A stretch of DNA of 64,000 bases, taken from assembly GCF_009914755.1 (NCBI RefSeq), contig NC_060944.1. One strand, written 5' to 3'. Under the pieces are notes generated by a model. The model was not told where the DNA came from. It searched no databases and saw only the letters and a list, made by a program, of their open reading frames with translations. The first letter of the stretch is position 1, and every line of letters starts with the position of its first letter. Below are positions 16,979-31,839 of the stretch, piece by piece. This DNA comes from the human T2T-CHM13v2.0 reference genome, Homo sapiens. Both the position numbers and the translations under genes were made by a program.

Positions 16979-18374
16979 ACCCCAGGATAGAAACTGCCCA
17001 GAAACAGCTGCCTGGCTTTTTTTCTTCTTCCAAGCTTGTCTTATCTCAAACCCCTTCCAGTCAAGGAACTAGAATCAGCAATGAGAGTTGGAAGCCTTCC
17101 CACAGCTTCCCCAAGAGCGAAGAGGCTATAGTCATGTCCACGTCCCCCGCTGAATTCTCTGCAGGGAGAGGACTTGGGCCCAGATGAGCCAGACCAGACT
17201 CCAGACAGAGGGTCCCGTGGGGCCCCCAAACTCAGGTGATGAGCTGAGAAAGAGAAAGATGTTCATGTCTAAGCGTCCAGTGTGCACCTAGCACTCCTTA
17301 GACGCCTTTGTGAACTGAAAAGAGACTGGCAGAGTCCTGCGAAAATGAGGCCCTGGCTTTCCAGGGAGTATGGTGAGCATCTGGCCTTCGCTGCCTGGAA
17401 GTGACACCCCAGACACCACTGCCACAGTGGGCGCTTGCCCCGCCCTGGGCTGTTCTAGTATTTGGATTTGCATTCCAGTCCTTGGGAGGGGGTCCTCAGG
17501 GTCATTAGTGAGGAGCCAAGAGGAGTGGGGTTGGGGGACACTCCTTCCTGTTTCTGTTAGGCCACAGACTCTTCACCTGCCTCTGAAGAGCTGCTCTGAC
17601 CTTGGTCTCCTCCCCGCAGTCCCACATTCTCCAGCCTGCCCTGCCAAGCCCCCTGCATGCCCACTGCTCTCTGTCCTCCCTTCTCCCCGCCTTCCTCTCA
17701 TGGAGACAGTATTTCTTTCTGTCTGTCTGTCCCTTCTTTGGCCCAGACCCAGCCTGACCAACGATAAGCATTTCTTAGGCTCAGCTCTTGATATGGAAAT
17801 GAGTGTCTTCACTCCAGCCAGCATCATGGTCTTCGGTGCTTCCAGGCCTGGGGTCTGTCGGGGGTGAAAAGAACTGGCCTGACCTACCTGAACTGACTGA
17901 CCCTCTGGGGTGGGTCTGGGACATCCTCGAGGCCCTAGCATTTCTCCTTGGATAGGGGACCAGAGGGCGCTTGGGATGTTGCATAAGAACAGGAAGTCAC
18001 CCAAGGGATGTCAATTTCTTATCCCTCTACATGGGTTGGATTTTCCAAAATCATAATTTGCAGAAGACCAGCACTTATGGTGGAATGTATATTATAAGGC
18101 AGCCACACTGGGGCAGGGTCCTTCCCCTCTCCCCACTCACGGCTTTGGCCCTTTCACAGATTAGAACCTGAGTTAGAGGATTGCAGAAGACGAGGTGGGA
18201 GGGCAGGGAAGATGCCTGTCAGGTTTTTAGCACAGTTTATTTCACTGGGATTTTGAAACATTTCTGTTTGAACACAAAGCCTGTTCTAGTCTTGGCAGGA
18301 CACATTCTGGGGGTGGGGGTGGAGGAAGATGTGGTAATGTAACCGGTTAGTCAGTGTTGTCTTAATATTGTTGA

Positions 18375-18733
<359 letters not shown>

Positions 18734-19497
18734 GTGTCCTTCCCTTTTAAGCAGAAAATGTGACACTTGTGAAAAAGCTTGTAAGACAGCACTTCCCTTT
18801 TTTTCCCTTTAAACCTTTAAATGGCAAATCTAGGTAATTAAAGTTGTGAATTTTTATTTTTGCTTTGTTTTTAATGAACACTTGTCTTTCAGAATAGGAT
18901 TGTGTGATAATGTCTAAATGGCAAAAACAAAACGTGATTTTGCACAATTAACAAAACTACTGCAAGAAAAATAAAACATTTCTTGGTAACAAAAAAAATT
19001 AATACATTTGAAACATTTTTCATGTAACCTTACTGACCAGGAATACTTATATTTTACAGTCATAATGGTAGCCCTGCAGTGCACTCTGGGAGTGAGCGAG
19101 CGAGCATTGGCAGTTCATTGTAGTAGTGTAGGCAGCCTGCAGTAGTGCAGTCTCCTGTGTCTTTAGCATGATGAGATGGTAGGATGCACCCGAGCCAACG
19201 GGCCAGCATCCTTACTGGCCCTAAGCTCTCAGAAAAGCTTCTTAAACTCTCTGAGCTTCCCTACAGTGTTCTTTTGAGGATTAGAAGTAATTGAAAGTGA
19301 CAAATCCTGAAAGAAGCAGCTCAACAAATAATCATTAATTGCTCCTGATCCTCTGAATGAATTGAGGGGTGTCCTTAATTAGGTGTATGCACAAAGATCA
19401 ACTAGGAGCAAAGGAAAATGTTAGAACTTGTGTTTCTATTTATTTTTAACCTCACTCTTTTACAATTTCTATTTTTTTGTGAATATTTTTAAATATA

Positions 19498-19661
19498 AGC
19501 TGGGCGCAGTGGCTCACGCCTGTAATCCCAGCACTTTGGGAGGCTGAGACAGGCGGATCACCTGAGGTTGGGAGTTCAAGACCAGCTTGGCCAACATGGT
19601 GAAACTCTGTCTCTGCTAAAAATACAAAAATTAGCCGGGCGTGGTGGTGCACGCTTGTAAT
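19498..19661 (+). mobile_element. 3'-truncated Alu
   Basis: Left arm plus start of right arm, then microsatellite. Confidence 0.85.
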
Positions 19662-19668
19662 ATTAGCT

Positions 19669-19670
<2 letters not shown>

Positions 19671-19745
<75 letters not shown>

Positions 19746-19953
19746 TATGTATATACACACACTGTATATACGCACTATATGCACTATATATACACACAGT
19801 ATATGTATATACACACACTATATATACAGTGTGTATATATATATATACTGTGTGTATATATATATATACTGTATATATATATATACTGTGTATATATATA
19901 TACTGTGTATATATATATATATACTGTATATATACACACACACACTATATATA
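19671..19953. repeat. Compound microsatellite (TC)n(TA)n(CA)n plus degenerate TA/CA/TG array
   Basis: Directly visible. Confidence 0.95.
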
Positions 19954-21121
19954 TGCCATATATAATATCTGGTGGCCAGTTGTGTGAAATACATTCATTT
20001 TCTCTGTTGGGTAGATTGATTTGACCTAACTTTGAGCCTCAATCTCAAGAGGTAAAGTGGTAGTTTGCCAATTTAATGCTGCACAAAGGATTATTTAAGT
20101 AATAATAACAATAATATCACATTGTATTTTACAGCGCTTCCTAGTACATCATAAATAATAAAAAGACGCAGGCTTGGGCAATAGAATAATTACTGATTTT
20201 CAAATGTAACTGCTTCATGTGTGATTATAAACGAGGTAATCATGGCATTAAGGTTTGGTATACATTTAGAAGGGAAAAAGAAAGTTGAGGTTTTAGTAAA
20301 GCAGAAAAACACTAAGCTTTAAAAATGAAGCCTGAAACCATGGAAAGAGGTTTAACTTCCCTAGTAATCAGGATGATTGCTGAATGCAAATTGAATCAAA
20401 TACAAATTGAAACATTAAAGTACAATTTCTTGCCCACTATGTTGGCAGAAATGTTAACATCTGATGATTATCCAGCGCGACTGAGGATGTGGGACGCTTT
20501 CTTGTGGAAGTGTAAGTCGGTACAACCACTTTGGAGGATAATTTGGCAATATTTTCAGAGTTAAAAATGCTTATGCTTTGTAAACCTGCCATTTGTAGTC
20601 TCTGGATCTGCCCTAGGGAGATAGTCTGGGTTTTTGTTTTTTTTTTTGTGAATGTCTTCCACAGGGAGATACTCTTAACACAGAGTGGCATGTACAAGCA
20701 TGTTCAATGCAGCACCACTGTTAATAGCAAACAGCTGGAGGCAACCATCAGTGGGGCAATGGTTCAAAAGGTTGTGATTTTAAAAAAAAGGTACAATATA
20801 ATTCACATATCATAAATTTCACCATCTTAAAGTGCACAATTCAGAGTTTTTTAGTATATTCACAGAGTTGTACTACCATCACCTCTACCTAATTCCAGAA
20901 CATTTTCATTACCCCAAAAAGAAACTCATACCCATTAGCAGTCACTCCCCATTTCCACATTTCTCCCTTCTCCCATCCCCTGGAAACCACCAATCTACTT
21001 TCTGTCTGTGAATTTGCCTGTCCTGGACATTTCGTATAAAGAAATAGAATCATACAATCGGTGGTACTTTTTATTTGGCAACAGCTTTATTGAGATGTAC
21101 TTTGTATGCCACACAATTCAC

Positions 21122-21410
21122 TTTTTTTTTTTTTTTTTTTTTTTGAGATGGAGTCTTGCTCTATCACCCAGGCTGGAGTGCAGTGCTACAATCTCAGCTT
21201 ACTGCAACCTCCGCCTCCTGGGTTCAAGCGATTTTCCTGCCTCAGCCTCCCCAGTAGCTGTAATTACAGGTGCCCGCCATCACGCCCAACTGCTTTTTTT
21301 GTATTTTTAGTAGAGACGGGGTTTCACTATGTTGACCAGGCTGGTCTTGAACTCCTGACCTCAGCCTCCCAAAGTGCTGGGATTACAGGCATGAGCCACC
21401 ACGCCCAGCC
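21122..21410 (-). mobile_element. Alu
   Basis: Dimer inside L1; flanking repeat caattcac. Confidence 0.9.
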
Positions 21411-21783
21411 AATTCACCCATTTTAAATGTACAACAATTTTTAGTATGTTCAGAGTCGTGCAGCCATCACCACAGTCAATTTTAGGACATTTTTATCACC
21501 TCAAAAAGAAACCACATGCCCTTTAGCTCTCCTCCCTGTCCCTGGGCAACCATTACTGTCCCTGTAGATTTGTCTCTTGTGGACATTTCATATAAATGGA
21601 ATGGTAAAATATATGGTCTTTTGTGTCTGGCTTCTTTCACTTGGTGTATTTTCAAGATTCTTCCATGTTCTGGCAGGTACCAGTACTTCATTCCTTTTCA
21701 TTGCTGAATAATATTACATTGTATGGATATACCACATTTTGTTTACTCACTCATTAGTTGATAGACATTTGGGTTCTTCCCAC

Positions 21784-22067
21784 TTTTTTTTTGAAATGGA
21801 GTCTAACTTTGTCACCCAGGCCGGAGTGCAGTGGCGCAATCTCGGCCTACTGCAACCGCCGCCTCCCAGGTTCCAGCGATTCTCCTGCCTCTCCCAAGTA
21901 GCTGGGACTGCAGGTGCATACCACCATGCGCAGATAATTTTTGTATTTTTAGTAGAGACGGGGTTTCACCATGTTGTTCAGGCTGGTCTTGAACTGACCT
22001 CAAGCAGTCCACCCACCTGCGCCTCCCAAAGTGCTGGGATTACAGGTGTGAGCCACCACACCTGGCC
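21784..22067 (-). mobile_element. Alu
   Basis: Dimer inside L1; TSD tcttccac/tctttccac. Confidence 0.9.
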
Positions 22068-22307
22068 TCTTTCCACCCTGTGACTGTTTGAAATACTGCT
22101 GTTAGGAATATCTGTGTACAGGTTTTTACATGAACATGTTTTCAGTTTCTTTGAGTAGAATTGCTGGGTCATAAGGTAACTTTTGAGGAATTGCCAAACT
22201 GTTTTCCATGGTGGTTGCCCCATTTTACATTCCCATCAGCAATGAGTGCGTGTTCCAATTTCTCTATATCCTTGCCAACACTTATTTCTCATCTTTAAAA
22301 TTATAAC

Positions 22308-22844
22308 TGTGAAAGGAAGACAAATCTTGGGACCCTAAAATCACTAAGCTAAAGGGAAAGGTCAATCTGGGAGCTGCTTAGGACAAACCTGCCTCCCATT
22401 CTATTTCTAAAAAGATAGCTACTAAGATAAAAAAGTTAACATACCTCCCTCTCAATTTGTACACAAGAAAATTCCTTGTGGACAAAGGACAGAACTCAAA
22501 GTCACCCCTCTCTTTGTTGAGATAAATGCATATCTGATTGCTTCCTTTGGAAAGGCTAATCAGAAACTCAAAAGAATGAAACTGTTTGTCTCTTATTTAT
22601 CTGTGACCTGGAAGCCCCCTCCCTGCTTCTAGTTGTCCCACCTTTCCAGACCAAACCAATGTACATCTTACATTGTTGATAGATGTCTCATGTCTCCCTA
22701 AAATGTATAAAACGAAGCTGTGCCCCGACCACCTTGGGCACATGTCAGGACCTCCTGAGGCTGTGTCAAGGGTGGTCATCCTTAATGTTGGCAAAATAAA
22801 CTTCCTAACTTGACTGAGACTTGTCTCAGATACTCTGGTTTACA
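22308..22844 (+). mobile_element. MER4-group (ERV1) solo LTR
   Basis: TG...CA termini, 4-bp TSD taac (22304-22307 and 22845-22848), internal AATAAA; sequence resembles MER4A-type LTR; inserted in an antisense L1. Confidence 0.85.
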
Positions 22845-22980
22845 TAACCATCCTAGTAGGTATGGAGTGGTATCTCATTGTAGTTTTTATTTGCATTTCC
22901 CTAATGATTTATGATGTTGAACATCTTTTCATGTGTTTCTCAGCCATTTGTATATCTTCTTTTCCAAAATATCTATTCAA

Positions 22981-23306
22981 TTTTTTTTATTATTTTTATT
23001 TTCATTTTATTTTATATAATATTTTGAGTTGGAGTCTCACTCTGTCCACCAGGCTGGAGTGCAGTGGCATGATCTCAGCTCACTGCAACCTCTGCCTCCT
23101 GGGTTCAAGTGATTCTCCTGCCTCAGCCTCCTGAATAGCTAGGATTAGAGGCGCCCGCCATGCCCGGCTAATTTTTGTATTTTTTTAGTAGAGACTGTAT
23201 TTCACTGTGTTGGCCAGGCTGGTCTCGAACTCCTGACCTCAGGTGATCTGCCCGCTTCAGCCTCCTAACGTGCTGGGATTACAGGCATGAGCCACCACGC
23301 CTGGTC
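22981..23306 (-). mobile_element. Alu
   Basis: Dimer. Confidence 0.9.
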
Positions 23307-24185
23307 GGTTCTGTGTGGCATTTTTATACTATCCTGCCCAGCTGTTAAAAGGAATGAAGCAAATCTATACATAATAATCCCTGACTAGATCTCTAAGACT
23401 TAATGTTGAACAAAATAGCAAGTAGTAGGATGATACATTATACTACCATAAATTTTATATAAATAAATACACTCAGGTGTGCCATGCATACACTTACACA
23501 CACACACACAAACACTCACACCCTGGTACTGTTGAGTTAAATATATGTAAGAGGATAGAGAAGGGCCTGATGTAATATTTCCCAAACTTTCCAAGATAGT
23601 TGGTTACCTTGGGCTAGGAAGAGAGAGAACGAAGATGGGGGTGGAAGTGGGGTATGATCTAAAGGGGCTTTTGTCTTATTTATGACATTTTACATAGTAT
23701 CCGCATACTATTTGGCCAATAAAACATGTAAAAGCTCCTTAAAATGTAATTACAACCTGAAAAAATAAGAACATGGGAGCTGTTGGGGAACTGTAGCAGG
23801 AGATGGGTTCAAATCCATGCTCCATGCCCTCTGGCAAGGGAATGTGTATTCATTGACTCCTTTTATAGCTCAGCTTTATTTTGTCTTGGGTCCTTCCTCT
23901 TTTTCAAAATAGTTTTATTATTTTTTAATACTATATAACAATTCAAATAGCATGGAGGTTTATAAAGTGAAAATGAACTTATCTCCCCTCTTCACCTGAA
24001 ACTACCCACCCTGAGGTAGTTTTAGTGCACGTCCTTTTCCTGCTCAGCTTCTGTGTTCTGGTATTGTCTCCTGCCCACCCAGTAAGCTGTGCTTCCATCT
24101 TCTCGTTGATGGCGAAAGCTCCTTCCTCCATGGGAAAGTGAAGTCTTCGTTTTGAAGCATCCATGGAATGGCCTGCAGGCTTGCT

Positions 24186-24240
24186 TTGTGTCACCTCCTA
24201 CCCGAGATTGTGATTGTGTCACCTCCTACCGAGACTGTGA
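24186..24240 (+). repeat. 28-bp tandem duplication
   Basis: ttgtgtcacctcctacc(c)gaga(t/c)tgtga twice. Confidence 0.9.
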
Positions 24241-24816
24241 ACTCCTACCCTACAATGAGTAGGTCTGGAGTTCTACTTGGGCGTCTTTATTTTATAAAAA
24301 GTTCCCATGGTGATTCTGGTGAACCAACAGAGGGTTAAGAGTCGTTTATCTAGGGAGTAACAGAGCAATCATAAATTGTGCCCATGCTGCTTCTTTGAGA
24401 ATTATTTTTGGTGGCCACTTTATAAGAGTGATGAGCCTGTCAGCTTTATGGAAACATGCCTGAACTTAGATGGTCTGTTTTCTTCCAGGAATTTCACAGA
24501 ACTTTTACTTTAGGTTATTTTCAGCATTTGTGTTTTTCTAGCTAAATATTCAACATGGAACTGCTATTTGAGTCTGAGAAAGTGATCATGGATTCTTTTT
24601 TGAAAATGATGGAAATAAACAGTACACGGCAAACTTAGCTTGTAAACTCTGCATTTCACATTGAAAATGGGTGGATATGGTAAAAATGATAGGCGGTAAA
24701 TCTTCACCAGGCAGAGTGTCCTTGGGTCTTGCTTTAAAATACTTTTCCTCCCCCACAGCCTGACTTTTGTATTTCATTTTAGTGTGTTTGCCTGAGATGT
24801 GAGTGAGAAATTCATG

Positions 24817-24911
24817 TGATAGATGTCTCACGTCTCCCTAAAATGTACAAAACGAAGCTGTGCCCCAACCACCTTGGGCACATGTCGTCAGGACCTCCTG
24901 AGGCTGTGTCA
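24817..24911 (+). mobile_element. Isolated ~95-bp internal MER4-LTR fragment
   Basis: Near-identical to 22677-22768; lacks LTR termini. Confidence 0.85.
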
Positions 24912-24978
24912 TGTCTTAAATTTGAGTAATCTTTCTCATATCTTAAATTTATGTTAAAGTTTACATTTTCTCTTGTAG

Positions 24979-25037
24979 GTATTCTCATGGGAGCAGTTAT
25001 AAAAATTATAGAGTTTAAAAAACTGGCGAATTGGAAG
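24979..25037 (+). CDS. SLC9A8: SLC9A8 exon 4: GILMGAVIKIIEFKKLANWK
   Basis: Acceptor tcttgtag|, donor AAG|gtaggt; 59 nt, frame consistent. Confidence 0.95.
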
Positions 25038-26262
25038 GTAGGTTTGCCCTTTGGTTGTTCTTAATTTTAGTAACATTGATCATTATGCTGGCTTTTTTGT
25101 AATTACTTGGCTATCAGTGGAGTTATTTATATTATTATATTATATATCCCATTACTTTTTAATTTTTTTATTAGATACAGGTTGATGCCTTTACATCTGA
25201 GTTTTTGCAAAAGCATAAGTCTCATGCTGTTTCAAGTGAACATGGGCGCCAATGTCATTTTTTTTTGTTATTATACTTGCATTTTTGTAATCCTAGACTA
25301 ACCTACTTTTTTAGGCAGGAAAATTCTCTAATTAGCATTAAACATTAAATACTGTTTATTGCTCCCAATTCCATTTTGACAACTGAGGATAATAAAACAT
25401 ACTTGTCCAGTACTGTGAGACACAGTACTTTATATATTGTAGCTCATGTTATTCTCATGACAGTCATGTGAGGTGGATTGTCTGGGTATTGTAATATCAT
25501 CACCTCGTTTTTACAGATGAAAAAAGTGACACTCAGGGAGATTGGGATGTATTCAGTGTCACAGAGCTAGAAAGAAAGTGGCCGAGTGGAGTCTTGTGTC
25601 CAAACCCTCTGGCCTGAATATGCAGTGTTTTCTCCACCATACCACCCCGTCCTCAGTTTGCTGATATATATACCCTTGTGTTAAAGAGGTTATTAGAATA
25701 TGAACATCATCCTGGGGTGCAAGTACTCATTGAAACTGGAATTTCAACATAAACTTGAGCATCCATGTTGAGTAGGGCGAGATTAACAAGTATGCTACAA
25801 AATTGATTTTGTGGAGGGAAATAAGATTCATTTCAAAATATAAAGAATTATATGGCTAAAATTGATCACATTTAAGCCCTTCCTACTTTGATGAAGCTCC
25901 TAGGTGCTAGGATTAATTGACCTGTGAAACTGTAGAGTGTAAAATTAGCAAGACAAACCTTATAGACTAACGTAAAACACAATTTGAAGCTGTTATAAAT
26001 AGTAGTAATGAAATATTTTATATATTAAATAAATTTTGAAAATGTATATTGAGCTCTGGAGAGTGATAAGACACACTTCTGCTGGGGAGGCCCCACTGGA
26101 GCGCATTGCATGTGGGATCTCTGCCTTCCTGCTACTTGGTTACATTTAACCACCCAAGAGTGGGTCATGACTGAAGAGCCTTTTTCTACTCCTAGGCTGG
26201 ATATAGCCTGATGTGTAGATTTTGCCCACTAACCCATTTTGTTTGATCTGATTTAAAAATCA

Positions 26263-26767
<505 letters not shown>

Positions 26768-26904
26768 GTTGGGGCAGGCTTCCTGGAGGAGACTGCATTT
26801 GTGGAGAGTCAGAGTGAGAAGTAGGATTCCTGCCTGGAAACCAGATGTGCAGGGAGCAGTGGGAAGTCAGAAAAACAAGAGGAGCTGGTGGTTTCTTTCC
26901 CTGA

Positions 26905-27803
<899 letters not shown>

Positions 27804-28157
27804 ATGTTTATTTTCAAGGCAACATTACAGTACTATTTCAATTCAGAAACTAATATTGTTTTGTAAACATGATAAAAATGAAGTAGTACAGATGCCTGCT
27901 GAAGCATCAGAGGTCAAGTCTGCTCTCTGTCAAGGGAGATCAGCACGTTGGAGAGAGCCCTTAGAAGCGGTATTGCCATCCTAAGGTGTCTTGGATTTAT
28001 TTGGGCCTGAAGAAATAATCAAAAGGGGCTGACTCTCTCAATCCATGAGGTCAGTGGTATTTGACACACACTGCTCAAGTGCCACCTAAAATCACCTCAG
28101 AACATTTTGGGGGAGCCATTGCCAAAAGGAACTGTAACACTATTTCCCTGAAAGGCA

Positions 28158-28607
28158 GTGTGTTCATAAGGGCTGCAGTAACAAATTATCACAAACTAAG
28201 TGGCCTAAAACAACAGAGATTTGTTTTCTCACAATTCTGGAGGCCAGAAGTGAGAAGTCAAGGTATCAACAGGACCAGGTTCCCTCCCAAAGACTCTAGA
28301 AAAGAATTCTTCATTGCATCTTCCAGCTTCTGGTGGCCCCGGTTTTCCTTGGCTTGTGGCCGCATCACTCCTGTCTTTGTCTCTGTGCTCACATGGCATT
28401 CTTCTCCACGTGTCTATGTGCCTTGTTCTGTCTCTTACAAGTCGATGTTTGCTGCCTTTGGCCTTCCCTTATCCAGTGTAAGGTCATCTAGATCCTTACC
28501 TTCATTAGATCTTCAGAGACCCTATTTCCAAATAAGGTCACACTCTGAGGTTCCTGGTGGCCATGAATTGTGATTGGGGTTGGGGGACACTATATAACCC
28601 CACTATA
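28158..28607 (-). mobile_element. MaLR LTR (MLT1B/C-like)
   Basis: agggctgcagtaacaaattatcacaaact...aaacaacaga...ttctggaggccagaagt is the reverse complement of the MLT1 3' end. Confidence 0.75.
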
Positions 28608-29197
28608 GGTAGATTCTCCTTTTTCCTGGGGTGGGGGGGGCTAGTTTTTATACCTCCAAAAGGCTGTATATAGTGGTCCTGCTGCACAGATCCTGAGAAT
28701 AGGTTGCCCCGTAAAACACAGAGCTCGGCTCATTTTTTTTCACACAGTCCCAGTCTGAATCATGAGCTTGAGCTTGTTGTACATGCTGCTATTTTAAGAC
28801 TTAATAAGGCATTTCAGAAGTCATCATTTGCTTCTATTTTGAGCCTTTTTTGACTTTCTTTTAGTCTTTATGGTAACAGCTGTACATTTGTAAGAATACA
28901 TTTAGGCATTCTTTGGAATAGGCATTTTGACAAAAAATCAGACTGTCAAAATTGTGACATGGGAAAATATTCATATGAAAAAGGGCCTGATTTTGCATTT
29001 TTAAATAGACTGTGTATTACACATAACCATTTTGGGCTTGAGGACCAATATATATTTCCCCAAAATTCTACCAACAACTAGAGAGATATATTAATAATAT
29101 AGAAAATGAAATTGTTATTGTTTCACCCCTCCAAAGATGGCTATATTCTAGAAACACCTTTCGTAGTGGCACTTAATAATCAAATCTGGAAGCATGG

Positions 29198-29584
29198 TGC
29201 TATGGTTTGGGCATTTGTCTCCCCAAACCTCATGCTGAAATTTGATTCCAGTGTTGGAAGTGTTTGGGTCATGGGGGTGGACCCTCATGGATAGACTGAT
29301 GCCCTTGCTGGGGGAGGGAGGTGAATGAGTTGTTGCTCTGTTCGTTCCCTATACAGCTGGTTGTTAAAAACAGCCTGGTCCCATCCCCGCCCCCCCTTTC
29401 TTCCTCTCTTGCCATGGATCTCTGCACACTCTGGCTCCCCTTCTCTTCCCCCATGAGTGGAAGCAGCCTAAGGTTCTTATCAGATACCCAGTCTTGAACT
29501 TTTCCGGACAGCAGAATCATGAGCCAAATAAATGTTTTTCCTTTGTAAATTACCCAGCCTCAGGTATTCTTTTATAGCAAGACA
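29198..29584 (+). mobile_element. MaLR solo LTR (MSTB-like)
   Basis: Starts tgctatggtttg, has aattacccagcctcaggtatt near the 3' end; 5-bp TSD catgg at 29193-29197 and 29585-29589. Confidence 0.85.
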
Positions 29585-29937
29585 CATGGTAAGGGGCTGT
29601 CTTTGTATCAAAGTCTCAAGTCGAAAGAGCATCCAGTGTGGACTGTTTTATCACATCAGACTTTGGAAAATGGCAGAGTTGTCTGTGATAAGCAGAAAGA
29701 AGGCAGAGCTATTTTAACCATATATAGGATTTACTGTTCCTCTGAGTGGATTGTTTTAGGGCTTGCCATTACCTTTTTCCTGGAGGATTCCAATTTGTGG
29801 AGTTGTTTTTGAAAGTCTGCAACCAGAATTGAAATTTTCTGTATTCAGATTAATTTTCTTTCTGTACTAAGGAATAAAAAACATACTACTGTGTTGTGCT
29901 GTTTCTTTTCACTGATCACCTTTAAAATCCTTGTCTT

Positions 29938-30260
29938 GGCCACGCATGGTGGCTCATGCCTGTAATCCCAGCATTTGGGGAAGCTGAGGTGGGAGGATTG
30001 CTTGAGGCTAGGAGTTTGAGACCAGCCTGGGCAACATAGCGGGACCCTGTATCTTAAAAAAAAAAAAAATTAGCCCGGCATGGTAGCACGCACATGTAGT
30101 CCCAGCTACTCAGGAGGCTGAAGTGAGAGGATCACTTGAGCCCAGGAGGTTGAGGCTACAGGGAGCTGTGATTGCACCACTGCACTTCAGCCTGGACAAC
30201 AGAGCAAGAAAGACTCTGTCTCAAAATAATAATAATAATAATAATGATAAAAATAATAAA
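29938..30260 (+). mobile_element. Alu (J-like) with (AAT)n tail
   Basis: Dimer. Confidence 0.9.
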
Positions 30261-30454
30261 ATACAGTTTCATTTTTTTTTTTGGTGGGGGAATCTCTCAT
30301 TCTGCTTGATTTTATTATCAGGTAGTTATTTAAACATTATATGTTTCCACTAGGCCAGGCCCTGAGAGAATAATTATTTTGGCTCTTTATTGATTAATTT
30401 ATTTCTTAATTACACAAATTCCATGCCCTTAAGATACTCATTTTCTATTTACAG

Positions 30455-30538
30455 GAAGAAGAAATGTTTCGTCCAAACATGTTTTTCCTCCTCCTGCTTC
30501 CCCCTATTATCTTTGAGTCTGGATATTCATTACACAAG
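30455..30538 (+). CDS. SLC9A8: SLC9A8 exon 5: EEEMFRPNMFFLLLLPPIIFESGYSLHK
   Basis: Acceptor tttacag|, donor AAG|gtgaga; NHE signature FFxxLLPPIIFESGY; 84 nt. Confidence 0.97.
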
Positions 30539-30624
30539 GTGAGACTCAGGCACACATTGGTGCTTTGGTCTGGACAGTTTCTCATGTTTGTAAGGCAAGT
30601 TCCTTAAAAGCTTGGGTATAATTT

Positions 30625-30645
30625 AGCAGCAGCAGCAGCAGCAGC
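30625..30645 (+). repeat. (AGC)7 trinucleotide repeat, intronic
   Basis: Directly visible, 86 nt downstream of exon 5. Confidence 0.9.
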
Positions 30646-31245
30646 TCTGCTCCTTCCTGGTTGTGCTCAGTGGAAGCTGGACTGCAGTGCCTGACTTCTG
30701 GAGAGGAGCAGACATGATGAATTGGCTGCTTTAATGGTTTCAGGCAGTATGGCTCACTGAGCCAGTGTTTGCCATAAATGGGTGCTTTGCCCAGGAAGAT
30801 GGCTGAAGTGATGTTAAGTGGCTCACAGATGATGCATTGACTCGTCTTCCTGGACACAGACTGATAGATGTAAAGAGGATAGACTGTGTCCTGGGACGAC
30901 GGGGACATGTGCCCCAGGACTTTTGTTTCTTTCAGCTCCCCCACTGGGGCCTTTCTAACCTTCTCAGGCCCATCCATCCTTCCATGTCTCCCTCTCGGTG
31001 CCCTCCCCTGGCCTCAGACCCCAGCTTGATATTCCCCTTCATCCCTCAACCTCTATCGCTCCTCGCCCACTCCCTGGTCCAGCTTCTCCTTCCCAGGCTG
31101 GAGCCCCATCCTTCCCTGCCTAGTCCCACAGTTGCCTGCCCATTCTTTCCTCCCTGCCTTGGTGAGCAGTGGCACTGGCCCCTACCCACTTCTCTGCTTT
31201 GGCTTGGCCTTGACGGCCATTGCCTTGCAACTCCCAGTGTGAGTT

Positions 31246-31564
<319 letters not shown>

Positions 31565-31825
31565 TGAGTCTTTCTGCCTGAGCAGGAGCTTCTCACTTTT
31601 AAGCCTGCTTGTGTGCGTGCATGGTTTTTTCCTTGTCTGTGAGTTTTCTTTAAACATAAATGTATTTAAGTTTTAAAATAAAGTGATTCAACTTAAAATA
31701 CTAGTATTAATAATACAGCAGCTATTTTGTGAATGTGATTTTTAAAAAAACTGTGAAGATTGGAAAGTTTAGGCCAGTCCTTGGAGAGAGGAAAGCCAGA
31801 GACACAACACAGATCTAATCATGCG

Positions 31826-31839
31826 CTGCCCCCTACAGG
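31826..31839 (-). promoter_or_regulatory. Candidate CTCF site
   Basis: Minus strand CCTGTAGGGGGCAG matches 13/14 of CCASYAGRKGGCRS; motif only. Confidence 0.45.

Larger units (their letters stand above)
20320..23700. mobile_element. Nested L1 complex: old sense L1 interrupted by two antisense L1M 3' ends, three Alus and the MER4 LTR
   Basis: Sense L1 3' motifs at 20500-20760 and 23340-23460; antisense L1 3'UTR motif repeated near 20900 and 21490. Confidence 0.65.

Noticed and set aside
19166-19178. Possible 12-nt microexon (ctttag|CATGATGAGATG|gtagga) introducing a stop
   Set aside because: Weak sites expected by chance in a 16-kb intron; no independent support
19452-20024. YI/CV/ER-repeat ORFs
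   Set aside because: Microsatellite translation artefacts
28061-28573. 170-aa ORF
   Set aside because: Lies within the MLT1 LTR; no protein similarity recognised
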